Positions 24,783 to 37,900 of a stretch of 50,335 bases of DNA are shown here, in pieces. The notes beneath the pieces were generated by a model. The model was not told the origin of the DNA. It ran no database searches and was given only the letters and a program-made list of their open reading frames with translations. Numbering within the stretch: the stretch's first letter is position 1; each line of letters starts with the position of its first letter. Position numbers and translations under genes: made by a program. The DNA comes from Catajapyx aquilonaris (taxonomy: Eukaryota), in the NCBI GenBank assembly GCA_000934665.2, contig JYFJ02002820.1, positions 1-50,335 on the forward strand, given 5' to 3'.

Positions 24783-25442
24783 TCAACAGCGATAGAAGAA
24801 AAACAAAGGCTATCACCTTCGCTTCTCCCTTCTTCGTGTAGCAGCAGCAGCAGCTTCATACATCAACATCATAAAAACCTCAATGATATAGTTACAATAT
24901 TAAATATACTGTATTGCATGTGTGTACAGACAGCAGGAAACATGTAACATGAATATTGTTATTATCGTCATAAGTACAATACAATCGAGTAGTCTATATG
25001 TAGTACACTGTAGTGTTCTTGGCTTTTTGAAGAAGCCGGAGTCTCATTGAGTGATGATTAAAGGAGTACTAAACGTTTGAAGACATCTTACAGCTTCTTA
25101 GGCCGACAGCTGACGAAAAAGAGTTCGCAGATTCCATGTCAGCCATATTTCAAAAGGTAACTCGCTTAGGTAGACAGATGAAACTAAGACTTGCCAATCA
25201 CTTGCCATGAATATTGGAGAGGTGCACGCACATTCCCTTATTATAACAACACCTCATTACAAACAAGAAATTGTTGTTTTATATCTAATCACCTGGCATG
25301 ATTATTTGTAATTTCACCTGATGAAAAATTACACTGAAACATTCCATCACAGATTCTTCTTATTTTAGTACTACGGAAAATACTGTGTTCAATCTTCGGC
25401 ATGCAAGAGAAATAGGAAACGACCAAATGGGCCAGCGGCAAA

Positions 25443-28111
25443 TCACCAGGGCCGCCAGACGGCAACGTCATCCGAATGTTGGTGAGGCTGATGGTGCACC
25501 ACACACTTATCATTATTGTCCTGTTGCTGTTGCTGCACCTGCTCGTGTTGGTGACTCTGCGTTGGGAGATGAGGCGCCGGGGCCACCAACAGCTTCTTCC
25601 TGTGGTCTACCCTCCGCAGATGCTGTGCAGGGATCACGAAGGCCAGGTCGCCGTTGGGAAGCTTCGTGGGCAACAGGGCATAACCAGAAGGGGTGTGGAC
25701 GACCATCGGCGCCGGTTTACCGCCAGTACTGCCTTCGCTTTTGGTCGCCTCCTGATGACTCTCGTCGGGTTGGTGCTCTTCTGCTGGGTCTTCTTCTTTG
25801 GGTCGGTGGTATTCTAGCTGGTCGAGGCGGCGGTTCAGGTGCTTCAGGAGCCTCTCTTGCTGCTGGAGGAGGCTTCCGGACGATGTCTCTGCGAAGAGGT
25901 CCTCAACCATTCGAGCGCACTCGGTGAAACCAGCCAGAAACTTGTTCTTGCTGCAACTGGTGCTACTTTCGCTGGTCTTTCCGCTGGTGCTGCTGCTTAT
26001 AGCCGACTGGTCACTCGAAGAAGACACTTGATGCTGGCTGTCGTGAAGTCTTTGGACGTGCTTCACCGTCATCTCCAGTATGTCGGCTTTCTCTAACTTT
26101 GCAGGCCGGGCTCCCTGTGGAAAAGGAAAGGTACGGCGGTGTCACATGTATGCTCTCATACCCCTATGATTTTTTCTCAAATTTTAAATAGGGCCTATAA
26201 AGGGGACCGACTTTAATCATTGTCTGCGCTGTGATGGATTTTGATTGTGGAAGGAAACGGGAGAACCCCGAGAAAACCCACGCTAACACGGAGAGAACCC
26301 ATCGAAACTCGATCCACATAAGTATCCTTTGTCCGATCCGGGGATCGAACTCGGGACCTTAGAGGTGGAAGGCTGTGGCGAAATTTTAAATATTAACATG
26401 CCACTATTTTCCTACGGCGCAACGGCCACACATGCCAGCTCATCCTAACCGCATTATTTCACCCTTATTATTCCTTCCAGTATATATATCAATTTTACTC
26501 CCAATTCGAATTGCAAATTATTTTATGCAGAATAACATGATTGTAGAATACCAGCTATATAGGAGGTGAGCTCCCTATACGCACTGAAAACGGTAAAGTG
26601 ATGCGTGTTGCTGTTCTACTGACTTAATTAAGAAATATATAATTATGTTAATTACAACCTTTTTCAATTAAAGTGACATCTGCAAGCTTGCTGGGATGTC
26701 TTTGACGTAGTTGAATAAACAGGTACAGTACATGTATTATATATACGTATAACTTGTGAAATAATACAGGCTGACATATTTCGATCGATCCTAAATGAAC
26801 GTAAATAAAATCACAGGATACAGTTATGCTCATTTTAAAATTGTAATTTACCTGTAATTTCCGTAGTCTACATTGCAGAACTTGCACACCCCTTAAATAT
26901 TCGCATTATTAATTGGTGAATTTTGAGCAATGTTTGTCTCGTGCTATAAAAAGTGTGCTAATGTAGTCGGTCACAATACAGTACAGTATACAGTGTTTTA
27001 CATTATATCGGACCTACTGTATCTACAGAATTTTTCCATATAGACGAGTGCAGGCATGTGAAGACAACCCATTATCACCATTCAGCACTCAACCCATCAC
27101 AACTAACAATAACACAGATCCGATGATATACTTTTTTGCTTCATCATATAGGTCCTCTCTGTTTTTCTTAGACAAGCAGAACAGAGAGGTCCGAAGTGAC
27201 GAAGCGAAATTATCAGAATCTACTACTTGATGGTGGTAGAAAAGTGGTAGATCCATACGCATAATGATTGTATTTTGCTATGCGCTTTACAACCTTCACA
27301 GCTAATTAAATATTATCTTGCATCTCCAATCGCGACGGAAGTTCCACCTTAACAATGACATGTTAACAAAAACTTTTTATAGAACAATTATGCAAATCAT
27401 GCAATTCTGAAATAATACAGAGTAAAATCACAGAAACTATGCCAATAATCATCATACGAGGGTAACATACCGTGTATGTTCTAGAAGTACTAAAGAAGTA
27501 TGCTTGAGCAGCGTATAAAATAATTCTACGAATGGTCTATAAGCGGGCCAATTATATTGATGTAACTCTAAAATGACACCACCCCAAATGAATGTTTGAA
27601 AACTAACCTCCTTCTTTGCAGAATTGGCATCTAGTAAAAGTCGCTTTAACTCGTTGAGGCTGTGATTAATTCGGGCCCGTCTTCTTTTCTCCATCAAAGG
27701 CTTGCGGATCTAAAACCAAAAGAAATGTCATTTGAAGCAGTGTTGTTTATGTACATGCAAATATATGAAAAGTTCTACAAAATGATTGCATTTGCCACTA
27801 TTTTTAAATGGCGAAACAAATAATGCCAATTGACTATTCTTCGTTCTGTTCATATTATGATGAATCTTCATTTGCAATTTGCCCCTCTAAGTAGCCTGTA
27901 ATGGGTGTAACGTGTGTGACATATGAAAGAAGGAACAATTATTATAATAAAAGTCTCAGCGGATAAATGCCTTCAAGTCTCAATCTTTGGCATGGGAAAT
28001 GACATGGGCTGCACTTTGTACTTGAATAAAGTTCCTAAAGTACAAATACCGTACCTTTCTAGTCTCAGAGGCTTTCGACGGCATGTTGAGACGAGAAAGA
28101 GCGGAACTCAT
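25443..28111 (-). CDS. HES-family (hairy/deadpan-type) bHLH-Orange transcriptional repressor with C-terminal WRPW, 3 coding exons
   Basis: Exons 28111-28055 (MSSALSRLNMPSKASETRK; start could instead be the ATG at 28084), 27709-27608 (IRKPLMEKRRRARINHSLNELKRLLLD) and 26114-25443. The last exon has KLEKADILEMTVKHVQ, the Orange domain FLAGFTECARMV...ERLLKHL, the hairy-class motif LLPTKLPNGDLAFVIP, and the Groucho-binding end VWRPW-stop. Confidence 0.95.
26240..26380 (-). mobile_element. V-SINE-like tRNA-derived SINE fragment in HES intron 2
   Basis: Plus strand TGTGGAAGGAAACGGGAGAACCCCGAGAAAACCCACGCTAACACGGAGAGAAC resembles the reverse complement of the V-domain core (GCGTGGGTTTTCTCCGGGT..CCGGTTTCCTCCCACA). 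A B-box-like GAGTTCGATCCC lies on the minus strand near 26340-26352. Confidence 0.7.
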
Positions 28112-29757
28112 CCCAGTGGCAGCAGCCCTGACACCTGGACTCCTTCTGGGACCACCAAGCACAAACTGCCCTCCTTCTTCTTCAGCTTAGGCTGCTCCTT
28201 ACTTGTCCTCTCCTCCCACCCTTCTCACCTCCCCTGCCCTCTTTTTCAGCCTGCCTCAACCCACCCACCCACCCACCTTCCCTTTTCTTCCAAACATCAC
28301 CAACACTACAAAAGACCTCAAGACCATTCAACAAGGTTCTTGCCCATTCGTTCATTCAAGTCTACAAAAATTCAGAAGTTCATTGCAGACTTCTGAGCAT
28401 TTTTCGAAAAAGAAATCATAATTATAATTATGACGATATAGGCCTAGACGAATAGAGCCGGCTTCATCTTGTTGTCGTAAAATAATAAGGTGGCTGTTAA
28501 TGACGGCCATTGTTGAAATATTTTACACCACGTAATAGGGACAATTTCGCTCCTCATCAAAGAGAAGTTTCACGGAGAAGGCTGTAAAATTTGAAGTGCA
28601 TTTGCTAAACGGCTTTTATTAGCACAGTAAAACAGAGGCCTAAAATGGCGCTCCGAATTGGGCTTGTCTATTTAGTTTACTGCCGGCGACAAGTATGTAA
28701 AAGTACGCCTGATATTAAGCTAAAGAGCGACTGTAAGTAGTAATTAAGAAAATCACATCTCCTGCGTGATGACTGCGGCAAGCAGCGGCAAATGCCTCTA
28801 ATGCTATATTGAGAATAGCATTTGTCACGACAGGTGATGTAAAGAGTGGTAATTACAATACCTGCAAAACATTCACACCTGTTTCACTCCCTCTAGCGTG
28901 AGAAGCATTAATCCTAAATAAGGCATTCCACATTTTTTCAGGAGGCTACCTTGTGAGACTTATTTGCATGACATGTCTGTAGTCGTTTACAAAAAGTGGA
29001 ATTTTAATGCTTAACGCCACCAATTGCAATTAGTGTTTAAGTAAATTTGAAACATTAACACATTTCACAACGGGCGTGAGGCCAAAAACCCGTGCTGAAC
29101 TTACTGATCACCCTGTGTAAAGAGCAGTGGCAACGTCTTCGTTCATAATTATAAAGAAATGAATAACATATTATTGGACATTTGCGATAATACAAAGTGA
29201 TTCTCTCGAATGGAAATCCAAACACTGCTCATTAACTTTTTAACTATTGTATATTGTTCGTGATGAAAATATTGATGTATGTAGGCCTACAGTCATTTAG
29301 GATTTAGCCCCGATACGACGGGAGTTGGCTGCCATTATGATGATTGTCAGTTTGTCACATTAGCACATACTGTGGATGCTCGCAAACAAAAGTGCTTGGA
29401 TGATGGAGGGGACCATTTGCGGTATATTCTACCTTGTTTGGCAAGGCAACATATAGGGTAAAAGGTAAGTACATGTCACTTTTCATCGTGAACCATACAA
29501 TAAGCTTAGTTAAAAGTTATTGATCATTCGAGAGATTCACCCTGTATTATATGTAAGGCAATATTTCTCGAAAAAATATGTAAGTGACATTCACGAACAA
29601 TATTATACTGTAGTAGATTTGTTGTAACATTCGCTATAAAGGAAAACAACTGACAAACTTTGCAATATTTTCCTGTGAGACCAACAATCTCATCCACACT
29701 TTTTTCTGAGTAGCTTTTAGCCCTTGTTGATAAACCTTTTTGATAACTGGGGGCCCC

Positions 29758-29972
29758 GAGAGCAAGAATGGCGTATGCCACTCAACGGGGTAAAATGAGT
29801 CATCACCACAGATAAAATCCTCGCACCATACCAGTGTCACAGACTATGTTGGCATTCGTTATCTGAATGACAACAGCACCCAAACTTTCCGATTAACATT
29901 GAGGAGGTAGGCAATCTTCAAACGTGTTTATTTACTTTTGTCTCTAATGTGGCATATGCCATTCTTGTTCTC
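29758..29972. mobile_element. Probable MITE (about 215 bp) between the HES and VPS13D 5' ends
   Basis: 24-bp inverted repeats with 22/24 match: GAGAGCAAGAATGGCGTATGCCAC (29758-29781) and GTGGCATATGCCATTCTTGTTCTC (29949-29972). No clear TSD. Confidence 0.6.
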
Positions 29973-30049
29973 AGCCATTCTTTACAGTATAAGACCAGGT
30001 TGAATGTCTGATTTAAAAAATTTATTGTTCTTCATTTCATTTGCCTGGT

Positions 30050-30459
30050 CGAACAGAGCGCCTCACAACCTCCAGCGCCTCACAGCGGCTGAATTACACA
30101 CTCTCCCGATGACGTCACCAGAAACGACGTGAAGTTGCCCAGATGTTCGACCAGCGCGAAAGTGACTTGTCCTTTTAATCCGTTCTTTGCACTCTTTTTG
30201 GCGTCGCACGTTCCTCCGTCGCACGTTTCCCTTTCCGCGCCAGTGACGATGTGACGTTGGGCGACTCTCCTCGACGGTCAGAGCCAGGAAAGCAAAAGAG
30301 TTGGCTCGACTGTTACGAATTGGTAAGAAAAAGGGTCACGTGATTGTATTCGTGACGAGGGGGAGAAAGACTATTTTTGGCAATGATTTTGGTGGAAGGT
30401 CGAACGTTTCTCTCTGTAATTTGTGTGCTTCCGTCGCAGTATGAGGAGGAGGAGCGACC
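30050..30459 (+). promoter_or_regulatory. Probable VPS13D promoter, non-coding first exon and 5' UTR intron
   Basis: Locally CpG-rich; palindromic CRE/ATF site TGACGTCA at 30110-30117; donor GTAAG at 30323 and acceptor CGCAG ending at 30439, just upstream of ACCATG at 30460. Confidence 0.55.
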
Positions 30460-31889
30460 ATGCTGGAAGGACTGGCCACATGGGTGCTCAACAACTACCT
30501 CGGGAGGTACCTGGAGAACCTCAATGCCGCGCAGCTCTCCATCGCACTGCTTCAAGGTTCATATTTGGATTAGTGTTGGGTTACGATGGGCCAAAAAGAA
30601 GCCTGGTGACAGGGCTGGTTATGTGGGAGATCAACTTGCTGTCAAATTACTGCCGTACCATCTACTGATAATGATAGTAATCATCGTCATCATTTTCAGG
30701 AACTAATCATTTTATTGGGAAGGCAAGGGGAAATGAGTATTGTCATGCACAAAATGCAGCCCAAGAATTGGATAGGTTTGAGCAAAACTCAGCAAGAACC
30801 TCGGTTGTAGTCAAATGGCACAGAAGTGTTTCTTCGCAGAGAGGGCAGGATGGAGCGAGACTACCCTTTATACATCTAATAGACAGAATGACCTCAGGCT
30901 TCTACAGAGTGTGCTTATGCAATGTAGTTAAACTGCTGAGTTTGTGTTGGAGTTGTGAATCATAATGAATCACAGTTGGGTGATGCAATATTATATCCTG
31001 TGATGTTAAGATTCAAGGCACTGACTGCACTGGCTGGCATTCCACTAGAAGAGTAATAAATAACATAAAAACAGGCTGATAAGGCATGTATTTAAAATGA
31101 GCACAACTTTTGGTACACCACAGGTGCCAAGTAAATGGGAATGAGGAAAATAAACCTGACATTTTGCATTTTTTTCCATATTGCATCACAAAGACGCCAA
31201 ACAGTATATTGATAAAATTTTATTAAGGAATGACATTGGGTTTTAGTGGTAATGGTGCTAGACCATCAATTTTTTATTGGAGCAACAAGTGATTGTGTAG
31301 AGCAAAGAGATGACAAATTTATGTAATTTATACATTTAAAATGGCTAGTTACAGCAAATTATGTGGAATCCTTATAAAGTAGACTTTAATTTAAAGTAAA
31401 AGTGTCTTCAAGAATGAGAGTATATTGGAATATTGTGATTTTTTTTTTTTTTTTTCATTACCCCACGGGGGGAGTTATACTACTCCTTAGGGGGGATGGG
31501 TTGCCACCTTTGGAATTGTTTTTGGAGCGAGTTTAAGAAGAATCTTAATTAGTATGCTCCAAGGGTGGGTGGGAGGGGATGTGCAAAGTGCAAGTGCAAT
31601 GTCTCTAATCGTCATTTTGTGAACTCCCCCGGGTGGCTTAGTCTGCCGGAAATTGCCACCCGAAACGAAGCCAGAGATGGCCCAACTCTGCACGAAAGAA
31701 GGTGGGAACCCCGGGTGGGGATTGAACCCGGGACCTTAACTTACGTGGGCGCGCGCGTTACCGCGGCGCCACTCCGTCTTCCCGTGGAATATTGTGATAT
31801 TTATTAAACAATTATTAATAAATTTATTGTAAGGAATTTTTTTCAGCATCTGCATGTGTAGTCAACCATTAATAACAATCTTCTAAATC

Positions 31890-31948
<59 letters not shown>

Positions 31949-34900
31949 TTGAGGGACATTTCATCCATGTAATATTTTTTTATTTTCAAGAGCAAGGTTT
32001 CCTTATGCATGAAAATATTAAATGTAAAGGAAGTTGGCATGTGCTAAGAATGTTGTGACATGACCTGGCGTGCAGAATGTGATGGCCTGTTCACACAGAC
32101 GCTCCTTTTTCACAAAGAAGCTTTGGATTTCCTTTGCCACATGTAAAAAGCAGCTTCTAACTTAACTCACATGTGAAAAAAGCGGCTCTTTGAACAGACT
32201 ATGTATTATGACTGATTCTTTTTGCTGCAAGAAAAATATTTTATTCGCGGTATTTGCTTATTATACTAATTTTGTGCAGGTGAAGTGGAAGTGGAAAACC
32301 TTCCTCTGAAGAAGAGCGCATTTCAACACTTTGGAGTGCCTGTGACGGTCCGGACTGGCTTTGTTGGGAAGATAAAACTCAAGATACCTGTTAGTCGACT
32401 GAGGAGTGAACCCTGGGTCATTTTCATTGAGAGACTTTATGTTGTAGTTGGCCCTCTTCGACTGGATGAAGTAAGTGGAGTTCAATTAGTAACATGCTTT
32501 ATATGTTATATCTGATGATTAATCACAACAGGGAAATGTGTTTAGAACATAATTATGCTGTTTCAATATGCTGAACTCTGTTAAAACATTAGTAGTTAAT
32601 CTATTTTCTATCATTTATTAGCTTTTTATGATTTTAATTTTCCTTTTGGTCTTTTGGAAGATCCAGACTTTTCCTATAGGCATGAATTTTTGGATTTTGA
32701 GCACTAATGATCAGGATGCATACTTTCTTCTCCTGTTATATTAAGTCTAATCCAGTAATATCTCTGTGGCTTTGTTCACTTATTGATTGATCACGTGTTT
32801 GTGAAAATGTTTAACAAATCATCTCTTGTTTGTTTTAGTATGATGAGGAGCAAGAGGAACAAGCAGCCCAGGAATGGAAGCTTTCACAGCTGGATTCCAT
32901 GGAAGCACAGTGGCGGGCTGAGTATGAAGCCAAGCAGATGGAGGGAAGTTCCTCCTATTATGCCTCCAGTTACTCCTCCTGGTTGAGCTATGGGACCAGT
33001 TTGGTGGCCAACATTGTGGAGAATCTTCAGCTCAGGATTCATGACGTTCATTTTCGATATGAGGATGATCTCACCCTTCCCCGACAGCCCTTTGCTTGTG
33101 GTTTCACAGTGGGCAGCCTTTCTGCCCAGAGCTGTGATCACAACTGGATGCCAAAGTTTGTGTCCTCCGATTTGGAGGGAGGGATGGCTTTCAAACTCCT
33201 TGAGCTACATGATCTTGCCGTTTATTGGGACTCCAAAGCAGACATGGTTGGAGATCTTCCATTGTCACAATTGTCGGTATGTGTGGAAAAGGTTATTAAG
33301 AGTTATATTTCTGACTTGTGATGGTGTGCATTGCAGAACACATGTTAAATTTTTTTTCAGGAGGTAATGTGTCCAAGTAGCAGCAGGTCTCCTGAGTTTA
33401 TCCTTGCTCCAGTCAGTGCCCAGGCACATGTGAAGCGAAACTGCTCAGAAACTCCACTCAGATCAAGGAGTACACCACGCATCGTGTGTGACCTGCAGTT
33501 AGAAAAAGTTCCTCTTCAGCTTACAGATGTAAGTTATAATTTTATATTAATGCTTTTGAAGGCAAGCAGTTTTAACCAGTCAATATGTACCTTAAGTGCA
33601 TTTTACAATCTTTCTCTCACACCATTGTGCTAAATGTATATTGCATTATTTGGTGGTCATAAATTGTGATCCTTAATTGGAATTGCTTTTAAAATGTTGT
33701 TAGTAATTAAACTGGTAATTTAAAATTTTTCTTAGGCCTAAACTAGCTTACCCTTCACAGAAATTTGACTAAGTTAATATGAGACAATCCTGGATGCTTT
33801 CAGACTCAGTACCGCCAGCTTGTATTGTGCGTCCGATTCTTAGAGCAACTAGCACGTGGCCGCCCCTTTCGCAAATGGCGCCCAGATATTTCTATTCAGG
33901 AGAATCCCCGCTGCTGGTGGAGGTTTGCCACTCGTTGCCAAATTGAGAAATCCAGGCGTCGATGTGTTGGACGGAGCAAGGAGGCAACACTTCAGCGATG
34001 CCGGGATGCTGTTGCATATGTTAAAGCCTACTCACAGCACTTGAGAGATCCTGTGGGCCAGCTAAGTCCAGAGATGAAAGAGATCAAAGATAGGATGGAA
34101 TGTGATATGACTCTAGAGGAGTTGAAAGGTCTTCGGGAGGCAGCTATGGATGGAGTAATGAAAGAAAGTGTGGGAAAGGTGAGGAAGGTGGACAAGCAGG
34201 ATGGACAAGGGTTGCTGCAGAGGTGGTTTCCATCATGGGGAGGGTGGTATTCAACACCAGCTGCAGCTGCTGCAACTCCAGCAACAAGTAACGTGGGGAA
34301 GGAGGAAACACAGAAAGAAGGAATGAGACGGCTGGAAGAAGAGTTGATGGAGGCTCTCAATGACACCATTGAGAACAACACCATTTTTAGGCGAGATGTG
34401 CTGTTTGGCATCTTCAACTTTCAACTGAAATCTGGAGAATTCAGATTATATTTAGACAACTTAGGACAAAAGTGAGTGAAGTGTCATTAACATCAGTTTT
34501 ATTTTTTTACTTGTTGACTCTCTGGTTTTACTCTTGGTGTACTAATTTATTATTATCTGAGTTCATCATATTAGGCTTTTATTGTATTGCACTAATTTTT
34601 CAAAATTTCTGTTTTAGGACCCCACTTCTGGAGTTAGAATTTGAAGAAGTGAAAGCAGGCCTTGAATGGTGTCCTCGTTCAGGCTCCTACAAAGCAAATT
34701 TGGGCCTTGGAGCAATGTATTTGCGTGACTGCATTACAAGAGACAGTGTTTTCCCTGTGCTAATGGCCCCACAGGGCAAAGAGGCTGCCCCTTCTTACAC
34801 CAGAGGTCCCTCCCTTGTTGCTCATGGACTTGCCCGTATAGGAAGCCTTCTTAGCCCGAGGGGCACCTCTCCAAGGGTTGGACCAGGAATGGGGTGTGCA

Positions 34901-37900
34901 ACGGATGAGCCTTTGTTTGAGCTGACTTATGAACGCAAACCACTGGGGACTAAGGCAGACCATCGTCTCAAGATAAGGTCACAGTCACTGGATGTGGTTT
35001 ATAATCCACATGTGATCCGCTCAGTGAGGGATTTTGTAACTCTACACACACAAAAGAAGGAAGGGCAGAGTGCGAGGGAACTTAGCATGTCACAGCGGTG
35101 GCAGCGGGTGGCTCAGTACAGGTAAGAACATACAAATGCAGTATAGTTTTTTATCCTGGGAGACAGGAATAAATTAATCCAGCGATATTAAAATGCTGCT
35201 TTCTAATTACTGCATGTATTATAACATTTTACTCTTTTCCTCATGTTTGATTCTTGTGAAGAAATGTAACTAGTGATATTTCATATATAAAGGTATGAAG
35301 CAGTGAAACAGAAGACGAAGGAAGAACTGAGGCGCAACTGGGAGCAGACCCTGGAAGGACCAGATAGTAGGAAGAAAGAGGTGCAGGGCCCAGCCCTTTT
35401 ACGAAAAAGAGCAACTTGGGAAGTGGACCTGGATATTCAGCCTCCCAAGATCATTTTTGTGGAGCACTTCCAGGACAAGAATGCAGTGCTTGTTGTTATG
35501 GACTTTGGAAGGTTTCGCTTTTTTAATGCCACCACTAACATACCGCTTGAAGGGCCTCGAAGTGGGAGGGAGAGCGATGAGGATGGTGAGTTGAGAGTGG
35601 AATAATAATAATTTTCTTGCATTTGATTTTGATCATCCATGAAGCTTTGGTCAGATGATAAGAACTGTGTAACTCTGCGCCTGCCAAAATAATTTTTTAG
35701 ACTGCTGTGTCAGCATATGTTATGGTATTCTTTAAGTGCTGACTTGATGCAAAAATTGCATGCGTTTTCTCTTGCAGAGTTCCAAACCCCATGTTCAACT
35801 CCTCCAAGTGAACTTGCATCTGCCAAGGAAGATGTATCTAAGTCATCTGACCCACCTTCTTTATCTGAAGACAAGTCAGCTGCTGCAGAAATTCCTCTTC
35901 ACCAGCGTCTGTATGAGCGCTATACCCTGGAGACATCAGATATTCAGATTATTGTAGGGAAGGTGCGGGAGAACTGGAAATATGCCCATCTGAAAGGCAC
36001 ATCCAGCCTGCATGTACTGGATAGGTTTAACATAGCAGTACAGCTGGAGAGGAGGATCATGCACACGGCAGATCCCATGTGGCCTAGTGTTACCCTGAGT
36101 GGTAACCTTCCAAAGCTGGTAGTGCATATCAACGAATCGAAGGTCAATGCTCTGACTACCATGCTGGCTCTTCTTGGGGATGGTGGGGCCAAGTCACCGG
36201 CAGGGTCACCAAGCACTGATAGGGGTTCTTTTGATGAAGATAGCCCCATGTCAGAGAAGGTTACCAGTGTGGAGGAGACATCTAATCGGAAGGAGATGTC
36301 AGCTGAAACGAGGCTTGTTCTCATGCAGTTTAGTGTTGAGCAGGCAAGTTCTTGAAAATTTTATTTTTGCTCTTGTGTGACTCTCTTCTTATTGCTTGTT
36401 GTAGAGTGATTCATGGATGATTTCTTTAACAAGTTAGAATGAATATACTTGAGTTAAGTAAATATTTATTACAGGTAAGCCTGGAAGTGCAGTCCAGGGG
36501 GAGGAGTGTGGCAGAACTTCAGGTTTCTGGAGTTCGCGCTTCCTTCACAAAGCGTCCATATGACACAAGTATTACTCTCACTGTTCATGGCCTGCTACTT
36601 GTTGATGCAATGCAGACATACGGACCTGATTTTGAGCTACTTGTTGCAAGTCACAAACATGTGAGGTGAGTGCAAAGAAAGTGAGGAATACATTTAAAAA
36701 GTTTTCAAAATCACCAGTAAATATAGCCTACTCATAATTTCCTGTGTCTTAGGTCAGATTGAATTGCTTGTAAAATTTCAACTGTATGTATATCTTGTGC
36801 CAAATATTGGGATGATAATTTATGTAGACCATTGAAACTCCAGAATCTGAACAATTTTTCTTAGTTGGGGTACACCCTTCTCAGTAAAACAAAACCAGCA
36901 AGATTGCACCTGCCATTAATGGTTGGTTGGTTGGTTTTTGTCAGCAATTAATAATTAGTGCAATACAGCTGGATTTGTTTTACTGATTTCAGTGTTCCCT
37001 GCCCTCAGCCATAAAATGGGGGCAGTCAGGTAATATGTGGCATGACCATTACAGTATGGATAGTGTGAGTGGCAGTCTGAGAGACAGTGAGCCAACTTCA
37101 CCCACTTCTCCTGCGTCTCCTGATCCCACTGCGCCAAAGATGACCTCCCCTGTGGCATTGAGCCAGGCATTATACCACTTGCAAGCAGAAGGACAAGCCT
37201 TGGAAGCCAACCGAGGTAAGTCAATGAATCTTCTTCGACTAGTACTAATGGTTTCAAAAGTCACATTTTCATCTGTCTCTTGTTGCAAATGAGCAAATAA
37301 TTTATATAATCATTGCCTTTTGCATTAGCAACATCCCCAACGTTCCTGGATCCCACTTCACCTCATCGGGCTCAGTCTCCCACACCATTGAAAGGTGGCA
37401 ACCATCAGCCTCGCCATTCTCTGACCAACATGGAATTTGTAGATTCAGATGCCCTGATCACTATTGAGCTTGTTGTTATCAGTCCCTCCTGCCCCACCAA
37501 TTCAGATGAAGAGAACAATGAAACTCTCCAGATTGCTTCAGTGCAATTCAACACTTTGGATGTGATAGGTATGATAAAACTCACCAGTTCATTAATTTTA
37601 TATCATCGTGAAAGCAAGTTATGAAACTGTTTTATGTTTGCAGCCAATCAAGAGACAATCGTTGAACTTGTGGGTTTCATCAAGAGTATTCTACCTCAGA
37701 AGTCTCCCTCTAGGCAGGCTTCAGTCAAGCAGAATGAAGGCCTCATCAAAAGGATGGATGCCATAGGTGAGAAAAACTGGACACTAGTGATTTTAACACA
37801 TACCTAGTAGTTGCATGCATGAAGCAATAATTTTTGCAGATGGGAGTCGAATGTCATTTTCACAAGGAGATGGTGGAAGCGTCCCTCAAACTCCCATGAC

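Noticed and set aside
25385..26096. Plus-strand ORFs of 77-180 aa overlapping HES exon 3
   Set aside because: Antisense shadows of a GC-rich coding exon; no recognisable domain or splice support.
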